Below, in pieces: positions 38,701 to 48,261 of a stretch of 64,000 nucleotides of DNA. The stretch is taken from the NCBI GenBank assembly GCA_027310185.1, contig DAIDBH010000014.1, positions 1-64,000 on the forward strand. The letters run 5' to 3'. The notes beneath the pieces are model-generated. The model ran no database searches. It was given only the letters and a program-made list of their open reading frames with translations, and was not told the origin of the DNA. Source of the stretch: Thermoplasmatales archaeon (GTDB lineage: Archaea; Thermoplasmatota; Thermoplasmata; Thermoplasmatales; Thermoplasmataceae). Made by a program: the position numbers and the translations under genes. The number at the start of each line of letters is the position of its first letter. Positions within the stretch are counted from its first letter, which is position 1.

Positions 38701-40721
38701 GTCCAATGACCCTGGATGAGATCTCCGTTCGTTTCCCGGTAGAAAAGGACAGGATAGTGAAGACACTTGAATTGCTTGAGTCAAGAGGGAAGATTACAGA
38801 GGAATATGTGACTCCAGTCTTTGCAAAGCAGTACATTGTTAAGGGAGACCTTGAAAGAATCCTGAGCACCGCATCACTGGAACCGACAGCCATCAGGATG
38901 AGTCGTTATATGAGGAGGTTCAACAGCACAGATGAATACCTTGAAAACCTTGGATTTTTTGTGAAAGATGAATCTGTAAAGGCCCGACTCATATCAGATG
39001 ATAAAAATCATGTTGAGATCAATATACCCGTAATCAGGGGAAGATTCTTCAAGCACAGGCCCACGATCATGGAAAGGAGACTTGCCATGGCGCTCCAGAA
39101 ACTGAGAGAATCACCCATGGATGAAAAGGAGCAGCAAATATATGATTTCCTGAAGTTTGGTGCGGTTACACTGGATGCCATTTCCAGGGAACTGAATATT
39201 GATCCGAAGGAGGCAAGACAGATCGTAAGATCGCTGGAGCACAGGATTCTCGTTTCTGAGGATGATGATACATATTCAAGAATAAGTATGGAGGATCAGC
39301 TGGATAGAAAGAATGCCATGGGGATTCTCCTTGATCATTTCGGTCCACTCACACAGAATGAGATAATGAACTCATTCTGGTTTTACATCAAAGCAGGAGA
39401 TCTTGATGGAATAGAAATGCATTCTGGCCTGCATGGAACATATTACGGGAAGTTGCCGGAACCTGTTGAAGAAAGCATCATGCTTCCCATGGGAGACCCC
39501 GTTTCCATTATAACGGGAAGACTGGTCACGGAGGCAAGCAACCTGAACACCATGTTTTTCTCAAAGAATAACCTTGTATGCATCCTGTCCCTTGAACAGA
39601 CACAGGAAGGAATGTGGATCGATGATCTCATAGTTGAAAAGGAGGAACTACTTCAGAATTTCTTTGATTATCTCGATGAGAGATTTGGCAGGAACGGCCT
39701 GTCCATAATATTCACAGGGGTCAGGGAAAATCTCTGGGACATGCTTGAAAAGAATGGGTTCAGGAAGATCAGGGATGTTGCCATAAGAAGCAGTTCGGAA
39801 ACAGAACTGTTATACAGTGATGAACTCTTCCAGAGGTCACTCTACTGCTATTCACAATCAAGAGTTACCAAAAGGACTGTCATGGATTCCATAATGGAAG
39901 CAAGGCTTGGCATAAGAGATGCAACTGAGGCATATGCCAATGGCATCAGGTCCACAGATGTTGACAGTTATTTCTATTCGGATATACTCTTCAATTTCAA
40001 TGGCCCCATGAATCTCAATTCAAAGGCAACAATGGAGACTATTTCACTTTACAGGACGCTCAGGGGGAGGAAGATCGACAGGCTTGAGATGGATATTCTG
40101 AAGATCATAATGGATTATCCAAAGCCTGAGGAGGAGGTCCTCATTAATGTTCAGGGTTCTCATGACAGGGCTGTGGCATCTATCAAGGATCTATGGAACA
40201 GATCCATAATATGCAAGGATTCAGATTCAAAATTCAGGTACGTTGTTGAGAAGTTTGAACTGAAGGAGGCCGCCATGATCCTGGAGACAAAGATTTTAGA
40301 ATCATTTGGCTTCATAGATTTCCAGCTTTTTTCAGAGATCACGGGAAACAGGGATGAACAGCTCTATTCTGGAACAATCGACATTGTACGAAAGAAGGAC
40401 GGATTGAGTAACTGCATCATCCTTGACAACAAGAGGGCGGTTCTTGTTACTGCAAGATTTCTTGACATGAGGAAAAAATCTGCAAAGCCATTCATAATTG
40501 GTCCAAGAGACCTTTTCAGCTACATATTCAGGAACCAGATCAAGACCCAGACCGGTGGGACGAGGAATTTCCTCCTCATAGATAACCTATCAGTGAAGGC
40601 ATTTTCATCGGTAAAGAGAAACAGGAATGAATTGAAGATAGAAGAGATGAGTGGTGAAAACGAAATCAGGAAGGAATTCATAAAGGAATTCTCAAACTCA
40701 GGATACTCAATCAGGTTTTAA
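35718..40721 (+). CDS. lhr: Lhr-family SF2 helicase with long C-terminal winged-helix-rich extension (true start upstream of 35718)
   Basis: SPTGTGKT, ISPLKAL, DEIH, GLSAT, HHSSL, SLELGIDIG, QRIGRAGH, IPSWTGE; about 800 extra C-terminal residues. Confidence 0.9.
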   Translation: MPQKKVIPLIHKGENVLVSSPTGTGKTLTGFLAIINELFLRSKENGLEDKIECVYISPLKALANDINRNLNEPLREIYKLAEESDMNLPKIRVGLRSGDTTQNDRQKMLRKPPHILITTPESLALSLTAPKFKEKFKDVKYVIVDEIHEVSSSKRGTLLSLNLERLEELSPGFVRIGLSATQAPLDRISNFLCGYENGEPRKCNIVDVDLKRGLDLMTLTPVDDLTTAGFEVANERMYDILVKLIEEHKTTLIFTNTRSATEHVAIRLKARGIDSLEAHHSSLGKEIRLGVEEKLKNGELKCVISSTSLELGIDIGSVDLVVQIGSPKSVSKGLQRIGRAGHSITKLSQGRFVVFNLDDLVECAVLTKAAYDREIDRVSIPEGALDVLSQAVVGMSLEKTWSIDESYNLIRRSYPYRNLTMEDYMSVINYLAGRIENNTIYSKIWYDEEEKVFGKKKSTRMIYFMNIGTIPDDSDYRVIDLSGRHLGQLSDKFVERMTAGDIFVLGARTYAFIRTRGNRVIVRDATGLKPTIPSWTGEMLPRSYDLGTLIGKFRDNIQKSLDKDDLREWLRENYHLDENGARSIISYIRAQTKFDVPTDSHLYVEGYRENGLYSILFLIPLGRRVNDAISRAYAQAISNTYETNTRVTVTDDGFMLTVESSIPIKNVINLIDADNFVDYVKRSVMNTTVFKERFRQCATRSLMVLRRYKGHEVSVVIQQLRSDKVLRAIENIPNFPVVTETYREIMNDMMDVPSALKYVEEVIGRNQYTVKDYSEEASPFSLSLILAGVSDVVLMEERAKLMKELQSRIVDRVYGTEYMDFKIKDPRIVDNFYRSKVPPVSDMESYMELCRHFPMVDITKSRFNSPFPYSSVDTPAIGRELVKEEKLWSISLRGLYWVTEERYGLFRELFARNRPLNEEEQKVLEECNGSTPREIQQNTGYEESQVKNALLALESMYLVRRKFKREVFSYEKIDAYPESSYTVEDLFFDLLNSMGPMTLDEISVRFPVEKDRIVKTLELLESRGKITEEYVTPVFAKQYIVKGDLERILSTASLEPTAIRMSRYMRRFNSTDEYLENLGFFVKDESVKARLISDDKNHVEINIPVIRGRFFKHRPTIMERRLAMALQKLRESPMDEKEQQIYDFLKFGAVTLDAISRELNIDPKEARQIVRSLEHRILVSEDDDTYSRISMEDQLDRKNAMGILLDHFGPLTQNEIMNSFWFYIKAGDLDGIEMHSGLHGTYYGKLPEPVEESIMLPMGDPVSIITGRLVTEASNLNTMFFSKNNLVCILSLEQTQEGMWIDDLIVEKEELLQNFFDYLDERFGRNGLSIIFTGVRENLWDMLEKNGFRKIRDVAIRSSSETELLYSDELFQRSLYCYSQSRVTKRTVMDSIMEARLGIRDATEAYANGIRSTDVDSYFYSDILFNFNGPMNLNSKATMETISLYRTLRGRKIDRLEMDILKIIMDYPKPEEEVLINVQGSHDRAVASIKDLWNRSIICKDSDSKFRYVVEKFELKEAAMILETKILESFGFIDFQLFSEITGNRDEQLYSGTIDIVRKKDGLSNCIILDNKRAVLVTARFLDMRKKSAKPFIIGPRDLFSYIFRNQIKTQTGGTRNFLLIDNLSVKAFSSVKRNRNELKIEEMSGENEIRKEFIKEFSNSGYSIRF

Positions 40722-40760
40722 TACCAATTAACTTATATCTGAATTTATAATTATTCTGTA

Positions 40761-41051
40761 ATGACACTGAGCTTTGATTTCAATGAATTATCTTTACTTA
40801 TTTCCGGCATAAATGTGGTCGTCTCCCTTTTTCTATTGCTGGTCTCAGTCAAGGCCGTGCGTAAGGGTGTGGGAATAATAAAATATCTGAGTGCTTTTTT
40901 CGGTCTGGTACTACTGGATTCAGTATATATTGTCATAACAAATTTCGGTCCTGGCTTCCTGAATGCTTACAGCCAGATACTGCTTGAATTGACGGCACTT
41001 ATTGTGATGCTCCTGTTTTATTCTGGAATGATAAGAGGAAAGAAAAATTGA
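40761..41051 (+). CDS. Small three-TM membrane protein
   Basis: Hydrophobic 96 aa; overlaps the next start. Confidence 0.7.
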   Translation: MTLSFDFNELSLLISGINVVVSLFLLLVSVKAVRKGVGIIKYLSAFFGLVLLDSVYIVITNFGPGFLNAYSQILLELTALIVMLLFYSGMIRGKKN

Positions 41052-41545
41052 CTGACGAAACTGATCCGAGAACCATACTGATCCATATAATTGAGAGTGA
41101 ACCTGGACTTCATTTCAGGGCACTCCAGAGAAAGACCGGAATGGCTGTTGGACAGTTGGAATATCATCTATATAAGCTTGAGAAGGAAGATGAGATCATG
41201 ATCAGGAAAGATGGTCGTTACAAGAGATATTTCCTGATTGCATCATCAGATAATACCAAAAAGATTCTTGGATACCATCTCCGGAACAAGATTAGCAGAA
41301 ACATCATCATGCTGCTCCTGAGGAAAAGAGAGATGAGTATTCAGGCCCTCAATGAAAGGATGAAGGACAGGGAGAAGCTTGATGAGGCCATAAAGGTGCT
41401 GCTGTCTGATAATATCCTGATCAGGGAGAATGATCGCCTCTTCCTTAAGAATCCCGACTCAGTTAAGGAATATATAAGAAAGAGCAGGAAGTCATTCCTG
41501 GAAGAGCTCTCAGATAGCTTAATAGATATGCTGGACGAGGAATAG
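41048..41545 (+). CDS. Winged helix-turn-helix transcriptional regulator
   Basis: PGLHFRALQRKTGMAVGQLEYHLYKLEKE...YKRYF. Confidence 0.85.
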   Translation: MTDETDPRTILIHIIESEPGLHFRALQRKTGMAVGQLEYHLYKLEKEDEIMIRKDGRYKRYFLIASSDNTKKILGYHLRNKISRNIIMLLLRKREMSIQALNERMKDREKLDEAIKVLLSDNILIRENDRLFLKNPDSVKEYIRKSRKSFLEELSDSLIDMLDEE

Positions 41546-41546
41546 C

Positions 41547-42563
41547 TCAGGGTTTCTTTCTTCTGTAGACATATCCGGAGCCTATCATGACCATACCAAC
41601 CACAAGACCTATGGAAAGGTAGACCGAGTTTTCAAGGATAAGATTCACGACACCATTCTCTATATCTTTCACTGTTATGTTTTTCAGTATATTCTGGCCT
41701 GGAATGGAAAGGTAAGGATCATAGGATATGTTGGAATATTTTCCATCTCCGGTGAATACGTAACTAAGGGCGTTAAGGTTTGAACCGTTGGGACCATAAT
41801 TGAGCGTCTTCATTTCCCTTGCCATCCCGTCCATGTAATAAGTGCCGTTGTAGAGGAAGTAGATATTCCTGTCCTGATCTATGTGCAGCCTTATGCCACT
41901 GTAAAACTGGTTCCTTTCTGTCATCCTGGCACCGGTAAAATTCTCTACTCCTATGCCATTTGAACTTGAGGAGAAGACCGTTGGGATTATTATATGATAT
42001 GTGCCGCCAAGGGTTGAATGAACATTCATCTCATAAGTGATTCTCAGTGAATTATTGCTACCTACGAATATGTTCCCATTTAGGCCTGTGATGGTATTGT
42101 TATACCTTGTCTCGAAGACATTGATTGTCATATTTATGAAGAGGTAACCATAATTAAGGGGGAGAAAGTTCCCGGACGACTCCGCCAGTATTCCTGGCAT
42201 GCTTATCTCGAATACCCTTTCCTGAAGAAAATATGAGTATGAGATGTTAAGTTTTCCGTTTACAGTTTCGTGGTACGATTCCCTTATTGCCTTTCCAAAG
42301 CTCAGGTTTGTATTCTTTCCCATGTCTGAATTCATGAATCCCGAGGTGTTTATTATTGGGTTGCTGGTGATCTTTTTAAAATTGGAATCCAGGTACTGAG
42401 GACTGAAGAGATCAAGGGAAATTTTCTGGTTTCCTATGGTCAGGTTGAACGTGGGTGATTTATCAAACTGTATCTGCCCATCACTATGTCCGTGTGCGAC
42501 ACCCATGTACATGGGAGAAATCACAAGAACTGTGGCAAAAATTATGATGAAGGCAGCTTTCAT
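41547..42563 (-). CDS. Secreted/surface protein with C-terminal membrane anchor
   Basis: Signal peptide, many N-x-S/T sequons, YDPY motif, C-terminal TM plus RRKK. Confidence 0.8.
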   Translation of the reverse strand: MKAAFIIIFATVLVISPMYMGVAHGHSDGQIQFDKSPTFNLTIGNQKISLDLFSPQYLDSNFKKITSNPIINTSGFMNSDMGKNTNLSFGKAIRESYHETVNGKLNISYSYFLQERVFEISMPGILAESSGNFLPLNYGYLFINMTINVFETRYNNTITGLNGNIFVGSNNSLRITYEMNVHSTLGGTYHIIIPTVFSSSSNGIGVENFTGARMTERNQFYSGIRLHIDQDRNIYFLYNGTYYMDGMAREMKTLNYGPNGSNLNALSYVFTGDGKYSNISYDPYLSIPGQNILKNITVKDIENGVVNLILENSVYLSIGLVVGMVMIGSGYVYRRKKP

Positions 42564-42610
42564 TTATTCAAATATATGTTACAATATTAAATCTTTATTG
42601 GTACAAAGTT

Positions 42611-42769
42611 TCAGGAGAATTCTTCTTCCAGTTCTATTATTACCTGATTCAACACCTCTTCAAATGTTAGGCCTGAATATTCCATCAGTCCTCCTATTTC
42701 CGTTCTTAACTTTGCCTGGAATTCATCTCCTTCCTGGAGAAATTCTATGTTACAAATAAGTTCCTGCAT
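42611..42769 (-). CDS. 52-aa acidic small protein (not in ORF track)
   Basis: MQELICNIEFLQEGDEFQAKLRTEIGGLMEYSGLTFEEVLNQVIIELEEEFS; TTATATAA about 30 bp upstream; host-like codons. Confidence 0.75.
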   Translation of the reverse strand: MQELICNIEFLQEGDEFQAKLRTEIGGLMEYSGLTFEEVLNQVIIELEEEFS

Positions 42770-42919
42770 AATGATTACCAATGCCTAATGAATTAAGGTT
42801 TATATAATCATTTCTTTACGATTCATACGACTTTTGGCTCTCCAGTTCCCTTTACACCTCCCTCGATCATGCCCAATGCATAATGTTTATCTGTACCTAT
42901 TTTCGCATGAATTAATTGG

Positions 42920-42945
42920 ATTCTGAAGGTAACATTCTTCAGAAT
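42920..42945 (-). terminator. Hairpin just downstream of the thermopsin stop
   Basis: ATTCTGAAG-GTAACATT-CTTCAGAAT, a perfect 9-bp stem. Confidence 0.4.
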
Positions 42946-42947
42946 TA

Positions 42948-45900
42948 TTATTTTCTTGACCTCATATAGAAGACTGCGCTGCCCACAATGAATCCTGCAA
43001 TGACTGAAATGGCAATATATAGAATGACTGTGGAAGGAATTCCAGAACTCCTCTGAAAACTGATTTCCATATCTACATTTGAATTATTGAGGGAAATTGA
43101 TCCACTCTTGACGCCATTATACCCGGATGGTGTCGTAATGGAATAGGTGTAATTTCCCTTTGCCAGGTTGTTGAAGGTGATTATGCCAGATGTTGAACTT
43201 TTAATTGCTCCACCCAGATCAACAGACCATTTGCTGCCTCCCGATAGACCAGATTCAGTGAATGTGACGGAGTATGTACTGACAAGCTGGTTGCTGTAAA
43301 CATAGTTTATGGTTATATTTTCTTCTGGACTGGTAACCTGCACAACCGGTATGTTTGAGGCCTCGTAACCATAGGCATCCTGTGGAAGGAATTCATACAT
43401 TCCCGGTAATATGTAGAATGTTACATTACTGCCAGTGGAAATGAATCCCTCGTCTGCAGCCGGAATCGAGAATCCCCAGAGCGTTCCTGGAGGAAGACCA
43501 CTTTCCCGTACAGTAATACTGAATAGTTCGCTGTAGTGCAGCGTAAGATTCACCATTGGACCGTCTACAATGAAAGCTCCAGAACTGTCCATTAAAGAAC
43601 CAAGATAAAATAAGGGTTCCAGGAGAATTTGCCTGGACTCCAGTGCAATGCCTGTGGCAGTATAACTTCCATTTGGAAGGTATATTGAGGTACCGCTGCC
43701 TCCAACGGGGAGTATATCATTGTTGATGTCTACATAACCCATTACCTGTCCCTGCTGGGTAAGTGGAAGACCTGTTGCGCTGACAGTTGTCCTGTAATAG
43801 TACCTGGTAAGAGGCACGCTGTCATATGCATAATTTATGCTTCCATTCAGGAGTCCCTGACCGTTGAACACAAAGCCTACACCTGTTCCATTGTATGGGG
43901 CATTACCATTCCCAAAGTAATTGTAGTAATAATTTCCTCCAGTGTAGTTTGAATGTGTTATACTCCCCCTGAGTTCCTGTGCCATGAACATTACCGATGA
44001 TGTAACCGGTTCTCTTGTAATATTGAACCTGTTCTGGTATCTCACGCTTCCATCAGAATAAAGATTCCCATATTTTCCTTCCAGGCTCACTATGGGAATT
44101 ATGGATGTGAATTCATTGTTGTAGATGGTGTTGTTTGAGCTTGCGACTATAAGCCCTATGGGTGCTGCACCGAACAGTGCTCCTGCGGGTATGAGATTAT
44201 AATTTGAGAATGTGTTGTTCCATACGTATATGTCTGATTTTACTGCCACATTGTTATAAATGAGCATGCCTGATCCTGCACTTTCAACCTCATTGTTCTC
44301 AATCAGACTGTGAGTATCATTCCATAACATCAGACCAGCGATCGGCGGGATATTATACGTGGTATAATTTGAGTACGTCAGGGATGAAAACCATCCGGAA
44401 ATCACGTTATTTTTTATAATTAAGTTACCTGAGTCATAGAATACAAACTGAAGGAAATTTGACGATATCACGCCGAAGGCTGAAAGAAGGTTGTTCAGGC
44501 TTATTGTGTCATAATTTATCTGGAATGCCGGCTCGTTGTTTTTGCCAGAGAAATTCTGAACAACTGTATACGTAGTGGTATTGTGTATGAATACTCCGTA
44601 AAATACCGGGTATAGATAATCATTAACCTGCGCAAAGACAGGATTGATTGCATTGGGAATATTACCAGTGTTCCCCTGTGATGATTGAATACCACTGATC
44701 ACATATGGATTGCCTTCAGTACCTGAACCGGATAAGCTTATATTTTTTACCTGGCCATTATTGGAGGCATAAAAAGGAGTGTAGATGCCATAGGAAATAC
44801 TGTATTCTAAATTTATTTTTCCAAGTGAATACCGTTGTCCCGCTAACAGTTTTACCCCGTTGAAATATACGGGCTTATGATAACTCATCAGGACCTCAAT
44901 GGAATATGTCCCCGGACTGATATGAAGATAAAACTTCCCACTTTCCCCTATTGGAGAGCACTGTGCTGTCTCATTGTTTATCCTGTTGCCGGATCCGACA
45001 ATGAGAAAAGCGTTGGACGGGCTGATAGTTCCATTCAGGATTGCATAACCCTGTGTACTGTCCGTTACATTCCATAGTTTTTCAATAAAGGATGGGCCTG
45101 TGTGAAGATGTGCAGTAGCCCCCATGAAATATTCACTGATACCCGTAGATGTTTCACCGGTCTCTGAACCCACATCATAGGCTGATCTTATATTCCTGTA
45201 AGTTCCGGCACTGTTTTCATATTTTAGCGACATGGTAGCATTGATGTTGTTGAACTGTGCGTTCGATCCACCACCTTCACCTCCAAGAATCATTTCAGCA
45301 TCCATTGGTATAAAACCATTCTGAGACAGGTTTGTCCCTGTTACTGTGTATTCCGGGATAACCATTGAACCTGAACTACTGCCTGATGTTGAATTGAACT
45401 GTACTCTGTCATAGGAACCTTTTTCATTGACCTTTACACCCTGCGAGTTCAGGTATGAAATGGTATAGTTGAAAAATACCGTGTTCTCGCCTCCATAATT
45501 AGATGACGACAGATACAGGTTGAGGGTGAATGGTTGTGGTACATTCAGCGTTGGGCCAATATCATAGTAAAGTACCCCAGGTTCAACAGAACCATTTCCC
45601 GATATTATGTCATTTGCCTGCATCACGGCAGTTGGGGAACTGAAATTCCATATGTTATCTATGAATGTAAGCTGATGGGTGGATGTTGAATAATCCACCA
45701 CATTCTGGGTCCAGAACTGGTATCCTGTTTGGCCCAGTATTGTCACGTTATTCAGTATGGCGTTCATTTGGATTGAGAATGAGTGAAATGAATCTCCATC
45801 CATATACAGTTGTGATGCTGAATTTATTGAAATCTGTCCATCAAAGCTTCTTGTTGAATAAGAGTATGGTGAAAGTTTCCCACTTTCATTAATGATTCCA

Positions 45901-46289
45901 TAGCTTGCTATACCCATGGGGGCTGGTGCTGACTCATATGATGGAAGGTAAATAGTACCCTTTCTCATGGATTTCTCGGAAAAATTTGGTGGAAGTTTTG
46001 CTATGGCTGGAATCTTCAGTGAATTCAATCCCGATATGAGCCTGCTTTCCATGGAAGTCCAGTTGTTTCCAGCAGCTGAGCTGACTGTTGAAGTGTTCAG
46101 GTCGGGTGTCAGGTATTTTAAGCCGGAACTATTTCCTGAATTTTCACTAGAAACGATAGATCCTGAACCCTTGACACCACTGGTTTGATGGACGTTGGAA
46201 ATAGGCGTAATGGTAAAGTTAGCCATTGAAATAATCATGATCACAGTTAACGTGATAATAATGAGTGAGAATACAACTCCTCTTTTCAT
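42948..46289 (-). CDS. Thermopsin-family (peptidase A5) multidomain surface protease
   Basis: APMGIASYG, FWTQNV, IDNIWNFS, DAEMILGG, GSETGET; then a beta-helix-like region, ESGL beta-sandwich repeats and a C-terminal TM. Confidence 0.9.
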   Translation of the reverse strand: MKRGVVFSLIIITLTVIMIISMANFTITPISNVHQTSGVKGSGSIVSSENSGNSSGLKYLTPDLNTSTVSSAAGNNWTSMESRLISGLNSLKIPAIAKLPPNFSEKSMRKGTIYLPSYESAPAPMGIASYGIINESGKLSPYSYSTRSFDGQISINSASQLYMDGDSFHSFSIQMNAILNNVTILGQTGYQFWTQNVVDYSTSTHQLTFIDNIWNFSSPTAVMQANDIISGNGSVEPGVLYYDIGPTLNVPQPFTLNLYLSSSNYGGENTVFFNYTISYLNSQGVKVNEKGSYDRVQFNSTSGSSSGSMVIPEYTVTGTNLSQNGFIPMDAEMILGGEGGGSNAQFNNINATMSLKYENSAGTYRNIRSAYDVGSETGETSTGISEYFMGATAHLHTGPSFIEKLWNVTDSTQGYAILNGTISPSNAFLIVGSGNRINNETAQCSPIGESGKFYLHISPGTYSIEVLMSYHKPVYFNGVKLLAGQRYSLGKINLEYSISYGIYTPFYASNNGQVKNISLSGSGTEGNPYVISGIQSSQGNTGNIPNAINPVFAQVNDYLYPVFYGVFIHNTTTYTVVQNFSGKNNEPAFQINYDTISLNNLLSAFGVISSNFLQFVFYDSGNLIIKNNVISGWFSSLTYSNYTTYNIPPIAGLMLWNDTHSLIENNEVESAGSGMLIYNNVAVKSDIYVWNNTFSNYNLIPAGALFGAAPIGLIVASSNNTIYNNEFTSIIPIVSLEGKYGNLYSDGSVRYQNRFNITREPVTSSVMFMAQELRGSITHSNYTGGNYYYNYFGNGNAPYNGTGVGFVFNGQGLLNGSINYAYDSVPLTRYYYRTTVSATGLPLTQQGQVMGYVDINNDILPVGGSGTSIYLPNGSYTATGIALESRQILLEPLFYLGSLMDSSGAFIVDGPMVNLTLHYSELFSITVRESGLPPGTLWGFSIPAADEGFISTGSNVTFYILPGMYEFLPQDAYGYEASNIPVVQVTSPEENITINYVYSNQLVSTYSVTFTESGLSGGSKWSVDLGGAIKSSTSGIITFNNLAKGNYTYSITTPSGYNGVKSGSISLNNSNVDMEISFQRSSGIPSTVILYIAISVIAGFIVGSAVFYMRSRK

Positions 46290-46363
46290 GGCTCAAAATC
46301 ATAAATACACTATTAAAGTGTTGTGGAACGTTATTGAAAATATTGTCTATGTAGCATTCTGGA

Positions 46364-46960
46364 TCAGGATTCCTTCTTCACAACGCTTGTGATGACAATT
46401 GCATAGACTATGAAGAAGAGGATAATGGCAGGAATTATTCCTATATCAGCAGAAGGAACTCCCTGTACAAGAAGAATTATTCCAAATCCAGCAAGCATTG
46501 CTGCCAGTGCGATATATATGACACTCCTCTCAAAAAACCCAAGCTCCTTCTCAATTTCCTCCCTGTCATATCCTGCAGGTATGAGGGGTATTTCCACCTT
46601 GCTGGTAGTTTCCATTGCCATTATTCCTATTGTTGAGAGCACGACTAACACAAGGAAAAATGAAGCGTTATATGCCCCCTGGGTGGACAGCATAGCCAGG
46701 GACGAGAATGATGAATGCAGATACCCTGTTGAGAATATCAATGCCACCGGAACGAGCAGGACAGGCAGAAATTTGATTGGAGAAACTTTCTCGTTTCCTG
46801 TCTTTGTCCTCTGGAATACCGGTATGAGAGAAAGACTGAAGAATAGCAGTATCAGGAGATCAAAAACATATCCTATTGAATTTGATGATGCAGTGAAAAA
46901 TATCAGTACGTAGATGTACCCGAAGAGCACGGTGATAAGTAATGTAATGCTGGACCTCAT
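46364..46960 (-). CDS. Membrane protein, last gene of the MoxR operon
   Basis: About 6 TM segments; start overlaps the DUF58 stop. Confidence 0.75.
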   Translation of the reverse strand: MRSSITLLITVLFGYIYVLIFFTASSNSIGYVFDLLILLFFSLSLIPVFQRTKTGNEKVSPIKFLPVLLVPVALIFSTGYLHSSFSSLAMLSTQGAYNASFFLVLVVLSTIGIMAMETTSKVEIPLIPAGYDREEIEKELGFFERSVIYIALAAMLAGFGIILLVQGVPSADIGIIPAIILFFIVYAIVITSVVKKES

Positions 46961-48261
46961 TACCAGCCAGCCTCCATTGCAAGCCTGTATGCAGCCCTTC
47001 CAAGGCTTTCATTTACCGGGTCCCATTGAATCACCCTTCCGGATGTACTGCTTAACCTGTTCTTAGTAAGGTTGTAATTCTTGACTGAGAAGACCTTGCC
47101 CAATCTTGGATCTGTGAATTTGGCAGCTATGCTTTCTGCCCTTATATCAACTATTGTGGGAACAACCTTGAATCTTGCAAGGTGTGATGATATACTTTCA
47201 ATTCTGGATAGATTTCCCTTCTCCAGGCTTGTCATGATCATGACGCTTGGTCTCGTTTCCATCATTATTCTTGTTAGGGAAGAACCCAGTCCGGTGAACT
47301 TTTCAGTGACCCACTTAGATTCCAGGAGAAGGAGGCTGAGCCTTATCTGGTTGAATGTGTCCATACCTGAAGAGGGAAGAACAAATTCATTCCGTTTCAG
47401 GTGATTGAGCTTGATTGGCCAGAATCCCACGTTATAATTTTTTGATAGAAGGTATTTGGTGCCAGAGAGAACCATTGTTATAGCATATTCAAGTGGGTTT
47501 TCCACGCTTGATCCTCTTGACATGAAAGGTGAAACGTCCACGTAAAAGATGAAATTCTTCAACCCCTCTCTTTCATAAACATTCACCATCAGGTTTTCCT
47601 TGTAGGATGTCTTGGCTGAACTCTTCCAGTTGATGGTCTTAAATGGGTCCCCTGGAACATATTCCCTTATGGATTCAAATTCATGTGTTGGTGGACCTGT
47701 TCTCGTTACGGAGTTTCTTGGTTTGATCCGGTTTGATTTGAGCTGGAACTGGCTTTTCTTCAGCATCTTCACCTGCGGGTCTACCTCTATGTTATGATCA
47801 ACTGGAAATTTCAGCAGTTTTTTTCTCTTGTAACCTATTACCGGCTGGTATTCAATAATAATTTCACCCCAGTCAAAGATTCCTCTCCTTGTGGTGACTA
47901 TGGTATAATCCATGGTTTTTTCCCTTTCCCTGAATCCCTTGAAAAAGAGGTGTACATTTGTTCCATTAACAATATTCATTTCCGGGAAGGTTGGGAGCTG
48001 CATGTTAAGCATGCCAAAGCCTTTCTTTGCAGAGATTTTTACCCATATTGTGTATTCATCTCCAACCTTCAGGAATTTAGGTATATCATAGTCAATGTCA
48101 AGCTTCAGGTCCCTTTCCAGATATGACAGCAGAAAGATGAAGATCACCGGCATGAACAAAGAACCGAATATGGCCTTCTGTGTTGATATTATACCTGCTA
48201 CTGCTATGAATGCTGAAACAATTGAGAGTATGAGTATCTGCTTGTTCCATATGCTGTTCAT
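46960..48261 (-). CDS. DUF58 family protein with N-terminal TMs
   Basis: RRG, EFESIREYVPGDPFKTINWKSSAK, VNVYERE, YVDVSPFM. Confidence 0.92.
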   Translation of the reverse strand: MNSIWNKQILILSIVSAFIAVAGIISTQKAIFGSLFMPVIFIFLLSYLERDLKLDIDYDIPKFLKVGDEYTIWVKISAKKGFGMLNMQLPTFPEMNIVNGTNVHLFFKGFREREKTMDYTIVTTRRGIFDWGEIIIEYQPVIGYKRKKLLKFPVDHNIEVDPQVKMLKKSQFQLKSNRIKPRNSVTRTGPPTHEFESIREYVPGDPFKTINWKSSAKTSYKENLMVNVYEREGLKNFIFYVDVSPFMSRGSSVENPLEYAITMVLSGTKYLLSKNYNVGFWPIKLNHLKRNEFVLPSSGMDTFNQIRLSLLLLESKWVTEKFTGLGSSLTRIMMETRPSVMIMTSLEKGNLSRIESISSHLARFKVVPTIVDIRAESIAAKFTDPRLGKVFSVKNYNLTKNRLSSTSGRVIQWDPVNESLGRAAYRLAMEAGW

